DNA of 64,000 nt, taken from NCBI GenBank assembly GCA_937879955.1, contig CALFMK010000001.1, positions 442,356 through 506,355 on the forward strand, written 5' to 3'. Source of the stretch: an uncultured bacterium. GTDB lineage: Bacteria > Patescibacteriota > Minisyncoccia > Phycocordibacterales > Phycocordibacteraceae. A model generated the notes under the pieces. That model was given only the letters and a program-made list of their open reading frames with translations, was not told where the DNA came from and ran no database searches. Shown in pieces: positions 56,254 to 64,000 of this stretch. The position numbers and the translations under genes are program-made. Numbering within the stretch: the first letter of the stretch is position 1; each line of letters opens with the position of its first letter.

Positions 56254-57474
56254 ATGAACCGACGCATACTCATCATCATCGCAAGCATCATCGTCGTCCT
56301 CGGACTCGTCGTTGGAGCGTACTACCTGTTCTTCAGCAAAGGCGCGACGCTCACGGTAGGGAACCCGGGAGACCTCTTCGGGGGAAGCGGGGACCGTCCG
56401 ACGACCCTCCTCGGCCCGGACGGCGCGCCGATACAGGGCGCAGGCACCGTCGTGGCGCCGAAGCTCATCCGCATCAGCGACGCGCCGGTGGCGAAGGGCG
56501 CCATCGCGCTCTTCATCCCGGCGACCGAGCCCGCTGCCTCCTCGACCGAGCTCGCCACGCCGGCAGATACCGAGATCCGCTTCATCGAGCGCCAGAGCGG
56601 CAACGTATACGCGTTCCGCCTCCATGACCGCGTCCTTACGCGCATCTCGAACCGCACGATCCCGGGTATACAGGAAGCGACTTGGACCCTGGACGGCACG
56701 CGCGCGTTCGTGCGGTATCTCACCCGAGCCACCGACGGCACCGAGCACATCGATACGTACATGCTCCCGGCGAACGGCGGGGAAGGGTACTTCCTCGAGC
56801 AGGGGCTCGAGCAGGTCGCCGTCCAAGGGACGAGCACCGTGCTTTCCGTGCTGCCGAACACCTCCGGCTCGATCGGCTCGCTCTCGAACCCTGACGGCAC
56901 GAACCTGCGCACGCTCTTCACGTCGCCGCTCTCGCGCCTGAGCGCCGACTTCTCCGGAAGCGACATCCTCGCGACCACCAAGGGCTCGGTGACGCTCGAC
57001 GGGTACGCATTCCTCGTCTCTCGCGCGACAGGCGCCTTCACGCGCATCCTGGGACCGTACAGGGGCCTCTCCGCGGTAGCGAACCCTGAAGGGACCTCCG
57101 TCCTCTACAGCTACGCGGATCGCGGCCGCATCTACCTGCAGGTGCTCGACCTCGCGACCAGGACCGCGACCGCGCTGCCGCTGTCGACGTTCGCGGAGAA
57201 GTGCGCGTGGGCGCCCGGAGGACGCGCCGTCTACTGCGGCGTCCCGACCGCGCTCGCGGGGAACATGCCGGACGACTGGTACCAGGGCGCGGCCACGTTC
57301 TCGGACCGCATCTGGCGCATCGACCTCGATACCCGCCTCGCGACGCTCGTGGTCGATCCGGGGCAGGTAGGGGACGTCGCCATCGACGCGGTCTCGCTCA
57401 CGGTAGACCCTATCTCCGACGCGCTCGTGTTCACCAACAAGAAGGACGGATCGCTCTGGGCGTACGATCTTTAG
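56254..57474 (+). CDS. N-terminally membrane-anchored hypothetical protein, probably beta-propeller-like
   Basis: 406 aa; TM helix IIIASIIVVLGLVVGAYYLFF; last gene of the cluster. Confidence 0.5.
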   Translation: MNRRILIIIASIIVVLGLVVGAYYLFFSKGATLTVGNPGDLFGGSGDRPTTLLGPDGAPIQGAGTVVAPKLIRISDAPVAKGAIALFIPATEPAASSTELATPADTEIRFIERQSGNVYAFRLHDRVLTRISNRTIPGIQEATWTLDGTRAFVRYLTRATDGTEHIDTYMLPANGGEGYFLEQGLEQVAVQGTSTVLSVLPNTSGSIGSLSNPDGTNLRTLFTSPLSRLSADFSGSDILATTKGSVTLDGYAFLVSRATGAFTRILGPYRGLSAVANPEGTSVLYSYADRGRIYLQVLDLATRTATALPLSTFAEKCAWAPGGRAVYCGVPTALAGNMPDDWYQGAATFSDRIWRIDLDTRLATLVVDPGQVGDVAIDAVSLTVDPISDALVFTNKKDGSLWAYDL

Positions 57475-57486
57475 TGAGTTATGGAT

Positions 57487-57520
57487 AAGAAAAGAGCCCG
57501 TATATACGGGCTCTTTTCTT
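57487..57520. terminator. Palindromic bidirectional terminator between the T4SS-like operon and yidC
   Basis: aagaaaagagcccgta-ta-tacgggctcttttctt. Confidence 0.7.
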
Positions 57521-57522
57521 AT

Positions 57523-58266
57523 CTAGGCCGAAGCCTCTGGAAGAGGGGTGACCTTCTTCCTCCGCACGATGTACTCCTGCAGTATCCCGACCAAATTGCT
57601 CGTTATGAAGTAGAGGGAGATGGCGACGGAGGTGTAGTACGCGGCGATGCCGATGAATACCGGGAGAATGAAGCGCATCTGGGTCGCCATGGCGCGACCA
57701 AAGTCGGCCTGCATGTCGGTCCCTTCCTTCTTCGTGCTCTTCTCAGGAACCGGTATCGCGTAGAGGCCGTACAGGAACTGGGTGAGGGCGGCAAGGAAGG
57801 CGAGCGTGATGCTCGCACCCAGGATAGCGAACGTGCCGAGGAAGAGAGGGGAGATGGCGTCAGGCACCGGCACGAACGAGTAGAGGACGGACGTGTCCAC
57901 GGTAAGGAGCGTCTTGCTCTTGAAGACCCAGTAGAGCGAGATGACGACCGGGAGCTGGATGAGGAGGGTGAGGATGCCGGCGAACGGATTCACGCCGTAC
58001 TTCTTGTAGAGCGCGAACATCTGCTTCGCCTGCTCCTCCTTGTCGTCCTTCAGCGTCTCGCGGATCTGCTTCATCTCGGGCTCGATGGCCTTGATGGCGC
58101 GCTGGGTGCGGAGCGCCGCGAAGGAGAGCGGCATGATGATGACCTTCACGATCAGGGTCGCCGCGATAACGGCGAGCCCGATATCCTGTCCGGGCAGGAT
58201 ATCCGTGAGGCCCATGAGAAGGTTATAGATCGGCGTATAGAGAACGGTATGGAAGAAGGACGTCAT
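57523..58266 (-). CDS. yidC: Membrane protein insertase YidC (short, Gram-positive/CPR type)
   Basis: 247 aa; 5 TM helices, conserved YidC/Oxa1 core. Confidence 0.88.
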   Translation of the reverse strand: MTSFFHTVLYTPIYNLLMGLTDILPGQDIGLAVIAATLIVKVIIMPLSFAALRTQRAIKAIEPEMKQIRETLKDDKEEQAKQMFALYKKYGVNPFAGILTLLIQLPVVISLYWVFKSKTLLTVDTSVLYSFVPVPDAISPLFLGTFAILGASITLAFLAALTQFLYGLYAIPVPEKSTKKEGTDMQADFGRAMATQMRFILPVFIGIAAYYTSVAISLYFITSNLVGILQEYIVRRKKVTPLPEASA

Positions 58267-58301
58267 GGAAGCCAGTCTACCGTATTTCGGCCGAACCTAC
58301 C

Positions 58302-58622
58302 TTACCGGGGAAGCGTGCGCTCGAGGAGCCCGGTGAGCTCCTTCGCGAGGGCAGGGTAGTCGAGCGAGGCCGCGCCGGGGCGAGCATAGACGATGAGGAC
58401 CCGGGTAGGGGAGCACCAGGGGGCGATGACCGAGAGGGCCCGGCGCTTCAAGAGATGACGCCCGACCGAGAGCTTCGAGACCTTCTTCGAGATGACCACG
58501 GCGCAGCCCCCTTTTTCAGGGGTTTCCCGTACGGACAAGGAGAAATGGGGGCTCGCAACCCGTTTTTCGGGCCCAGAAGGCGCAAAATGCGCCCGAGTGA
58601 GGCGCATTTTCCGGTTCAACAT
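58302..58622 (-). CDS. rnpA: RNase P protein component
   Basis: [13 protein letters not shown]...ISKKVSKLSVGRHLLKRRA; its ATG overlaps the rpmH stop (TAATG); only the last 106 codons of the 320-aa track ORF are real. Confidence 0.85.
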   Translation of the reverse strand: MLNRKMRLTRAHFAPSGPEKRVASPHFSLSVRETPEKGGCAVVISKKVSKLSVGRHLLKRRALSVIAPWCSPTRVLIVYARPGAASLDYPALAKELTGLLERTLPR

Positions 58623-58759
58623 TAGACGGTGAGCTTCGCGCGTCCCTTGCGGCGGCGGCGCAGGAGGACTGCACGGCCGGTCGGGGTAGCGGTGCGGGCA
58701 CGGAATCCGTGCGTACGCGCGCGCTTGCGCTTCTTCGGCTGGTAGGTGCGCTTTGGCAT
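58622..58759 (-). CDS. rpmH: 50S ribosomal protein L34
   Basis: Own translation: [45 protein letters not shown] (45 aa); not in the ORF track. Confidence 0.9.
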   Translation of the reverse strand: MPKRTYQPKKRKRARTHGFRARTATPTGRAVLLRRRRKGRAKLTV

Positions 58760-58859
58760 ATGCACAGGATACTAACAGGTTGACGGGAAGGTAGCAAGGA
58801 AACGCCTCACGAGGGGACCGGTCGCGCATTTTCGAAACGCCCGTATACTTACCCTCACG

Positions 58860-60209
58860 ATGAACCGTCTCGATGCGCGCGAACTCTGGGAATACACGCT
58901 CACGCAGGTAGAGCTCTCCATCTCTCCCGCGAATTTCAACACCTGGTTCCGCGACAGCTCCATCGTGAAGATCGAGGACGGGATCGTCTATATCGGCGTC
59001 CCGAGCCAGTTCTTCCGCGACTGGTACCTCAAGAAGTTCAATATGCTCCTCCTGAAGATAATCAGGGGCGTCTCCCACGAGTACCGCAACATCGAGTACA
59101 TGATCGTGAAGGACGACCGCCGCCGCCCGAAGGAGGTGCGCCGACAGCCTCAAGCCACGGTTGAGATGCCGCTCGACGAGTTCTACATAAACAAGAGCGA
59201 CGGCCTGAATCCTCGCTATACGTTCGACACGTTCGTCGTGGGTTCCTTCAACGAGCTCGCTCATACGGCGGCGCAGGCAGCCTTAAAGCGCCCCGGTATC
59301 ATGTACAACCCGCTCTTCATCTATGGGGACACCGGAAGAGGGAAGACTCACCTGATCCAGGCCATCGGCAACCAGTTCAAGAAGCTATACCCGGGCCGCA
59401 AGGTCTACTACCTCACGGCCGAGACGTTCGGCCAGGACTACACGAACGCCATCCAGGCGGGGACGATGAACCGGTTCAAGGACAAGTACCGCCAGTACGA
59501 CCTCCTGATCATGGACGACATCCAGTTCTTCGCGAAGAAGGAGAAGACCCAGGAGGAGCTCTTCCACCTCTTCAACGCGCTCTATGACAACAACAAGCAG
59601 ATCCTCTTCTCGTCCGATAGGGCGCCGGCGGCTATCCCGGACATCGCGGATAGGCTCCGCGGCCGCTTCTCGGCCGGCATGTCCATCGACATCGGCGAGC
59701 CGGATACCGAGAGCCGCATGGCCATCGTCCGCAAGAAGGCGGCGTCCCAGGGCGTCTATCTCTCGGAAGAGGTTATCGAGCATATCGCCACGTCCATCTC
59801 AGGCTCCATCCGCGAGCTCGAGGGCGTCATAAACAGCGTCGTCTGCCACACGCAGGTGAAGGGCGTCCCGCCGGACCTCGCGGAAGTACGCCATTCCCTG
59901 CGTTCCTTCGCCCGCCCGCAGAAGACCGTGTCCGTGAAGCACGTGGTCTCGAAGGTGGCCGAGTTCTATGGCATCGACGAGGAGAGCATCTACGAGAAGA
60001 CTCGCAGAAGGGAGGTGGTGCGCCCGCGCCAGGTCATCATGTACATCCTCAGGGAGGACTTCAGCGTCTCGTACCCGACCATCGGCTCGAAGCTCGGCGG
60101 CCGCGACCACACCACGGTTATTCACTCGTGCGAGAAGGTGAAGCGGGAAGTGCAGGCGGACCCTGACCTCGCGAAGGAGATTCAGGACATCCGCAGCCTG
60201 TTGGTATAG
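58860..60209 (+). CDS. dnaA: Chromosomal replication initiator DnaA
   Basis: 449 aa; Walker A GDTGRGKTHL, domain IV helix-turn-helix at the C-terminus. Confidence 0.95.
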   Translation: MNRLDARELWEYTLTQVELSISPANFNTWFRDSSIVKIEDGIVYIGVPSQFFRDWYLKKFNMLLLKIIRGVSHEYRNIEYMIVKDDRRRPKEVRRQPQATVEMPLDEFYINKSDGLNPRYTFDTFVVGSFNELAHTAAQAALKRPGIMYNPLFIYGDTGRGKTHLIQAIGNQFKKLYPGRKVYYLTAETFGQDYTNAIQAGTMNRFKDKYRQYDLLIMDDIQFFAKKEKTQEELFHLFNALYDNNKQILFSSDRAPAAIPDIADRLRGRFSAGMSIDIGEPDTESRMAIVRKKAASQGVYLSEEVIEHIATSISGSIRELEGVINSVVCHTQVKGVPPDLAEVRHSLRSFARPQKTVSVKHVVSKVAEFYGIDEESIYEKTRRREVVRPRQVIMYILREDFSVSYPTIGSKLGGRDHTTVIHSCEKVKREVQADPDLAKEIQDIRSLLV

Positions 60210-60421
60210 CTGGGGAAAACCTATGTATAACCTTCGAAGAACCGCGGGGATATGTAGGGGAAAGCTGGGTGTAAGAAGAACTCGATTTCCGCTATCCCCA
60301 GATCGTCTCGGTGAGACGAGACCGTCATCAACAGGATGTTTTCGGGTGAAGCGCCAGGAAGCATTGAAAACAGAGGGCGGGAGGGGTTGTCCCCGGTGTC
60401 CACACCCCTAATAATAAGGAC

Positions 60422-61522
60422 ATGATCATAACTTTAGATAAGAAAGAATTCTCAGAAGGGGTGCAGACCGTCGCACGCTTCGCGGAACGAAGGAGTGGTA
60501 CGCTCCCGGTGCTCGCCGGCATCGCGATCATCGCGGGGGACGACGGCATCAAGCTGCGCGCTACGAACCTCGAGACGGGGATCGACCTCAAGGTGGATGG
60601 AACCATCAAGAGCGACGGCGTCGTCGCGCTCCAGGCCTCCACGCTCCGTGACATCGCCTCCTCGTTGTCAGGCTCCGGCACGCTCACCCTCGAGCACTCG
60701 GGCGATACGGTCCTCGTCACGACCGGGAACGGCCGCAGTACGCTCAAGACCCTTCCGTACGAGGATTTCCCTACGCTCCCGCTCCCTGAGGCGCCACGGG
60801 CGAAATTCGAGCTTCCAGGAGCGCTCCTGCGCGGCCTCGTGAATGCGGTATCGCCCTATGCGTCGGTATCCACGGTCCGCCCCGAGCTCGCGTCCGTGCT
60901 CTTGAAGAGCGAAGGCAGCAACCTCACGGCCGTCGCGACCGACTCCTTCCGTCTCGCCGAGAAGAAGATATCCCTCTCGAAGTCGGTGGAGCCGTTCTCG
61001 ATGCTCATTCCGGCGAAGAACGCGATCGATATCATGCAGACCCTGCCTGACGAGTCGATCGAGATCTCCGTGGACGAGCACCAGTGCGCGTTCTTCTGGA
61101 AGAAGGGCGTCCTCACGACCCGTCTCGTGACGGCGAACTACCCGGACTACACCCAGATCATCCCGAAGAGCTTCGTATCCGAGGCTACGGTCCTCAAGAA
61201 GGACTTCGAGGCGGCGCTCCGCCGTACGGCCATCTTCTCGGACTCGTTCCAGAAGGTGCGTCTCGGGCTCGATGCGGGTGCGAAGTCAGTGGCGCTCTCG
61301 GCGCAGAACGCGGACGTGGGCGACTCGAACGAGTCCATCCCGGCTGCGATCACGGGCGACGCGGTGGAGCTCTCGTTCAACCACCGCTATCTCTCCGCTC
61401 CTATCGGAAGCATCGCAACCGAGAGCATCACGCTTTCCGCGAGCGGCATCGGCAGGGCCATGGTCATGCGGGGCGCAGGGGATACCTCGTTCCTGTACCT
61501 CGTGATGCCGATGAATCAGTAG
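60422..61522 (+). CDS. dnaN: DNA polymerase III beta sliding clamp
   Basis: 366 aa; three-domain clamp length, immediately after dnaA. Confidence 0.93.
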   Translation: MIITLDKKEFSEGVQTVARFAERRSGTLPVLAGIAIIAGDDGIKLRATNLETGIDLKVDGTIKSDGVVALQASTLRDIASSLSGSGTLTLEHSGDTVLVTTGNGRSTLKTLPYEDFPTLPLPEAPRAKFELPGALLRGLVNAVSPYASVSTVRPELASVLLKSEGSNLTAVATDSFRLAEKKISLSKSVEPFSMLIPAKNAIDIMQTLPDESIEISVDEHQCAFFWKKGVLTTRLVTANYPDYTQIIPKSFVSEATVLKKDFEAALRRTAIFSDSFQKVRLGLDAGAKSVALSAQNADVGDSNESIPAAITGDAVELSFNHRYLSAPIGSIATESITLSASGIGRAMVMRGAGDTSFLYLVMPMNQ

Positions 61523-61541
61523 GTTCGATTCCGGTATCATA

Positions 61542-61575
61542 CAGAAAAGCCGCACCAAAGGGTGCGGCTTTTCTG
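61542..61575. terminator. Bidirectional hairpin terminator between dnaN and the PBP gene
   Basis: cagaaaagccgcacc-aaag-ggtgcggcttttctg. Confidence 0.7.
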
Positions 61576-61587
61576 TGATTTGAGCGA

Positions 61588-63798
61588 CTAATTATTCTCC
61601 TCGCGCTGCCTCCGCCGCTCGTCGCGCTCGAGCTCGCGCAGCTCCCGTTCGGTGAGCTCGGCCTGTTCGCCGCCGGCAGAGGTAGGCGTCGTGGTCGATC
61701 CGAGGTTCTGGATGCCCTGGCCCCATGCGAGAATCGGCGTCTCCCAGTAATTGAGCTGAGGGTCGCTGTACGGGTTGAGCGGCGGGCCGCCTTGCGGATT
61801 GTCTTTGTTCGTGAGGAGGAGGAGCGAGTGGTAGATAACCTGGCCACGGAGCACCGCAGGGGCGCTGTCAGGTATCGCTGGCGGCTCGTCGAAGTACTCC
61901 TTCGGCATCTTCGCGAGCGCGACGTCCATGAACTCGCGCCACATAGGCGCCACGATGTAGCCGGCGATTTCCTTCACCATCGGGCTGTTGTCGTTGTTTC
62001 CGGCCCAGGCAGCGACCGAGATGGTAGGGGAGTAGCCGACGGTCCATGCGTCGCGCGACTCGTTCGTGGTACCGGTCTTCGCGGCCACGTCATAGTCGGT
62101 GAAGGCGAGCGGGTTTACGGGATTGTAGGACGGGATGCGCGCCTGATTGTCCGACATGATGTCTGCCATGGTGCGCGCGACCTCGGGGCTTATGGCCTGC
62201 TCGGGCTTCGCTTCGAACTTCTTTATGACCTTGCCCTTCATGTCGCGTATCTCGAGGATGCCGGTGGGCGGGTTGCGGACGCCGTCATTCGCGAAGACGC
62301 CCATCGCGCTCGCCATCTCGAGCGGCGAGACCTCGGCCGCGCCGAGCGCGAACGAGAGGCCGTAGTCCTTGGCGCTCCCGAGGGTCGTGAAGCCCATGCG
62401 GGTGGCGAGTCCGATCACGTTGTCGATGCCGGCGAGGTAGAGCACCTTCACGGCCGGGATGTTGATCGACTGCGCGAGCGCGGTGCGGAAGGTCATCGGT
62501 CCGCGGAACTTCAGGTCGTAGTTCTGCGGCGCGTAGCAGGGAGCCGTCGAATTCGTGACGTCAGACGGCGCGCAGGCGGTCGAGAACTGCGTCGGTACGT
62601 CGAAGATGACCGTCTCCGAGGTGTAGCCCTTCTCGATGGCGGTCGCGTATACGAACGGCTTGAACGAGGAGCCTGGCTGGCGGGGCGCGACGGCGACGTT
62701 GTAGCTGCCCGGGATCTCGGTGTCGAAGTAGTCGCGGGAACCGACCATCGCGAGGATCTGGCCTGTCTTCGGGTCGATCGCGACGAGCGCGGCATTCGAA
62801 GCGTTGAACTTGGAGGTGTTCACGATCGCGTTGTCATGCACGATGGTCTGCGCCGCGTTCTGGAGCTCGGTGTCGAGCGTCGTTATGACGGTGAGGCCCT
62901 GCGTCACCACCTCAGGCCCGTACATGTCCTCGAGCTGCTGCTCGATGTAGAAGACGAAGTGCGGCGCGATGATGGTGTTGTTCTGCTGGCGGCTGAAGGT
63001 CACCTTCGTCTTCTGTGCCGCTACCTTCTCCTCCTCGGTTATGTAGCCGAGGACCTGCATGCGCTCGAGCACGTAGTCCTTGCGGGCGTCGAGGTCCTCG
63101 CGGTTGTTGCCGTACGGGGAGTAGTAGGTAGGGAGCTGCGGGATCGCAGCGAGGTACGCGGCCTCGGGGAGCGTGAGGTCGCTCGCGTCCTTCCCGAAGA
63201 AGGCGCGGGATGCCACCTCGGCGCCATAGAGCGTGCCGCCGTAGGGCGTCACGTTGAAGTAGAACTCGAGGATCTGGTCCTTCGAGTACCGCTGCTCGAG
63301 CTTCCAGGAGAGCACCCATTCCTGGAACTTGCGGATAGGGCTCTTCTTGCCCGAGAGGATCGTGTTCTTCACGACCTGCTGGGTGATGGTTGAGCCGCCC
63401 TGCGCGAACGACATGGTCTTGATGTCGACGATGATGGCGCGCGCGATCGCGGTGAAGGAGACGCCGCCGTGCTTGTAGAAATCGGAGTCCTCGATCGCGA
63501 TGGCCGCCTTCTGGAGATTCGGAGAGATCTCAGAGAGCGGGACCACGTTCCGGCGGACGTCATGGTTGAGGTCGTAGAGGACCGTCTTCCCCTCGCGGTC
63601 GTAGATCTTCGTGGACTGGGCTACCTTCCGGGAGTCGAACGAGTTCAGGTCGGGAATAGGGGTCAGCGCCGCCCAGAGTATGCCGATGCCAGCGAGGAGC
63701 ATGCCTGCGCCGACGAGCAGGAACAGGGCGCGCAGGAACGGGTGCGGGTGCTCGAGATACGAGCTGAGGTCGACCTTCTTTTTATGTTTTTTCGGCAT
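61588..63798 (-). CDS. Class A penicillin-binding protein (bifunctional transglycosylase/transpeptidase, PBP1A-like)
   Basis: 736 aa; GT51 motifs EDSDFYKHGG, QGGSTITQQ; transpeptidase SxxK/SxN/KTG region; C-terminal Glu/Arg-rich tail. Confidence 0.9.
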   Translation of the reverse strand: MPKKHKKKVDLSSYLEHPHPFLRALFLLVGAGMLLAGIGILWAALTPIPDLNSFDSRKVAQSTKIYDREGKTVLYDLNHDVRRNVVPLSEISPNLQKAAIAIEDSDFYKHGGVSFTAIARAIIVDIKTMSFAQGGSTITQQVVKNTILSGKKSPIRKFQEWVLSWKLEQRYSKDQILEFYFNVTPYGGTLYGAEVASRAFFGKDASDLTLPEAAYLAAIPQLPTYYSPYGNNREDLDARKDYVLERMQVLGYITEEEKVAAQKTKVTFSRQQNNTIIAPHFVFYIEQQLEDMYGPEVVTQGLTVITTLDTELQNAAQTIVHDNAIVNTSKFNASNAALVAIDPKTGQILAMVGSRDYFDTEIPGSYNVAVAPRQPGSSFKPFVYATAIEKGYTSETVIFDVPTQFSTACAPSDVTNSTAPCYAPQNYDLKFRGPMTFRTALAQSINIPAVKVLYLAGIDNVIGLATRMGFTTLGSAKDYGLSFALGAAEVSPLEMASAMGVFANDGVRNPPTGILEIRDMKGKVIKKFEAKPEQAISPEVARTMADIMSDNQARIPSYNPVNPLAFTDYDVAAKTGTTNESRDAWTVGYSPTISVAAWAGNNDNSPMVKEIAGYIVAPMWREFMDVALAKMPKEYFDEPPAIPDSAPAVLRGQVIYHSLLLLTNKDNPQGGPPLNPYSDPQLNYWETPILAWGQGIQNLGSTTTPTSAGGEQAELTERELRELERDERRRQREENN

Positions 63799-63821
63799 GA
63801 TTTTTCCATGCTATCACGAAG

Positions 63822-63843
63822 AACGGCCCCGTACGGGGCCGTT
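63822..63843 (-). terminator. Hairpin between a small acidic ORF and the PBP gene
   Basis: aacggccccg-ta-cggggccgtt. Confidence 0.45.
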
Positions 63844-63846
63844 TCA

Positions 63847-63978
63847 TTAGATCATCGTAGGATCCTCTTCCTCTTCTTCGGAGTCCTCCTCGTCATCGAG
63901 GTCCTCGTCATCGAGCATATCCTCCTCATCCTCGTCTTCGAGAGGAAGGATCGCTTCTGGGTCCAGCTCGTCGTCCAT
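63847..63978 (-). CDS. Candidate 43-aa hyper-acidic peptide (MDDELDPEAILPLEDEDEEDMLDDEDLDDEEDSEEEEEDPTMI)
   Basis: Own translation; not in the track (<60 aa); strong composition bias could be real or an artefact of a GAG/GAC-rich stretch. Confidence 0.25.
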   Translation of the reverse strand: MDDELDPEAILPLEDEDEEDMLDDEDLDDEEDSEEEEEDPTMI

Positions 63979-64000
63979 AATTATGTACGGAAATTACGCG

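Noticed and set aside
58302-59264. 320-aa minus-strand ORF spanning rnpA and the dnaA 5' region
   Set aside because: Only the last 106 codons (rnpA, starting MLNRKMRL and overlapping rpmH) are real. The upstream part is antisense to dnaA.
1-64000. CRISPR arrays, rRNA genes, transposases or IS elements
   Set aside because: None found. No regularly spaced direct repeats, no rRNA-like conserved stretches and no DDE or HUH transposase motifs among the ORFs.

Overview
This 64 kb window is high-GC (roughly 65%) bacterial chromosome, densely packed with short-spaced genes on both strands. It carries the canonical origin-proximal block yidC-rnpA-rpmH | dnaA-dnaN. The organism looks like a small-genome Gram-positive-type or Patescibacteria/CPR-like bacterium; this is inference from a short YidC, a LamG-domain type IV pilin, a split ComEC and tRNA genes lacking an encoded CCA next to a CCA-adding enzyme.

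Housekeeping content:
- rpsL-rpsG and a separately terminated fusA
- rpmB, sodA, recJ-rnhA-comEC, HIT, tpiA-pgk, pilB plus a LamG-pilin
- nusA, ppa, clpP, rny, hup, rarA, rpsO, pcrA, ksgA, PBP1A

Accessory and unusual content:
1. An 11-gene, co-directional T4SS-like operon (44.6-57.5 kb). It has a VirB4-like ATPase interrupted by an in-frame TAA, a PrgI/VirB3-like protein, a VirB6-like polytopic protein, a pilin-like protein with a Cys-rich C-terminal domain, and two proteins carrying Gly/His-rich (GHGHG) tracts. No VirD4 or relaxase is present in the window.
2. A low-GC island (about 31.65-34.56 kb) holding four minus-strand tRNAs (Gly-UCC, Pro-UGG, Gly-GCC, Arg-UCG), a compositionally foreign cca gene, and about eight copies of a palindromic TTTCACGTGAAA-like motif. 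A tyrosine recombinase sits nearby.
3. A lexA-dinB SOS cassette with a perfect Cheo-type box CGAACAATTGTTCG.
4. A secreted protein made of a peptidoglycan-binding domain, a PT linker and a long acidic D/A/Y repeat region.
5. ComEC split into two genes around an oppositely oriented sodA.
6. An abrupt intragenic GC drop in a secreted lipase.

There is no rRNA, no CRISPR array and no transposase. Many long reverse-strand ORFs in the supplied track are high-GC artefacts and were rejected.
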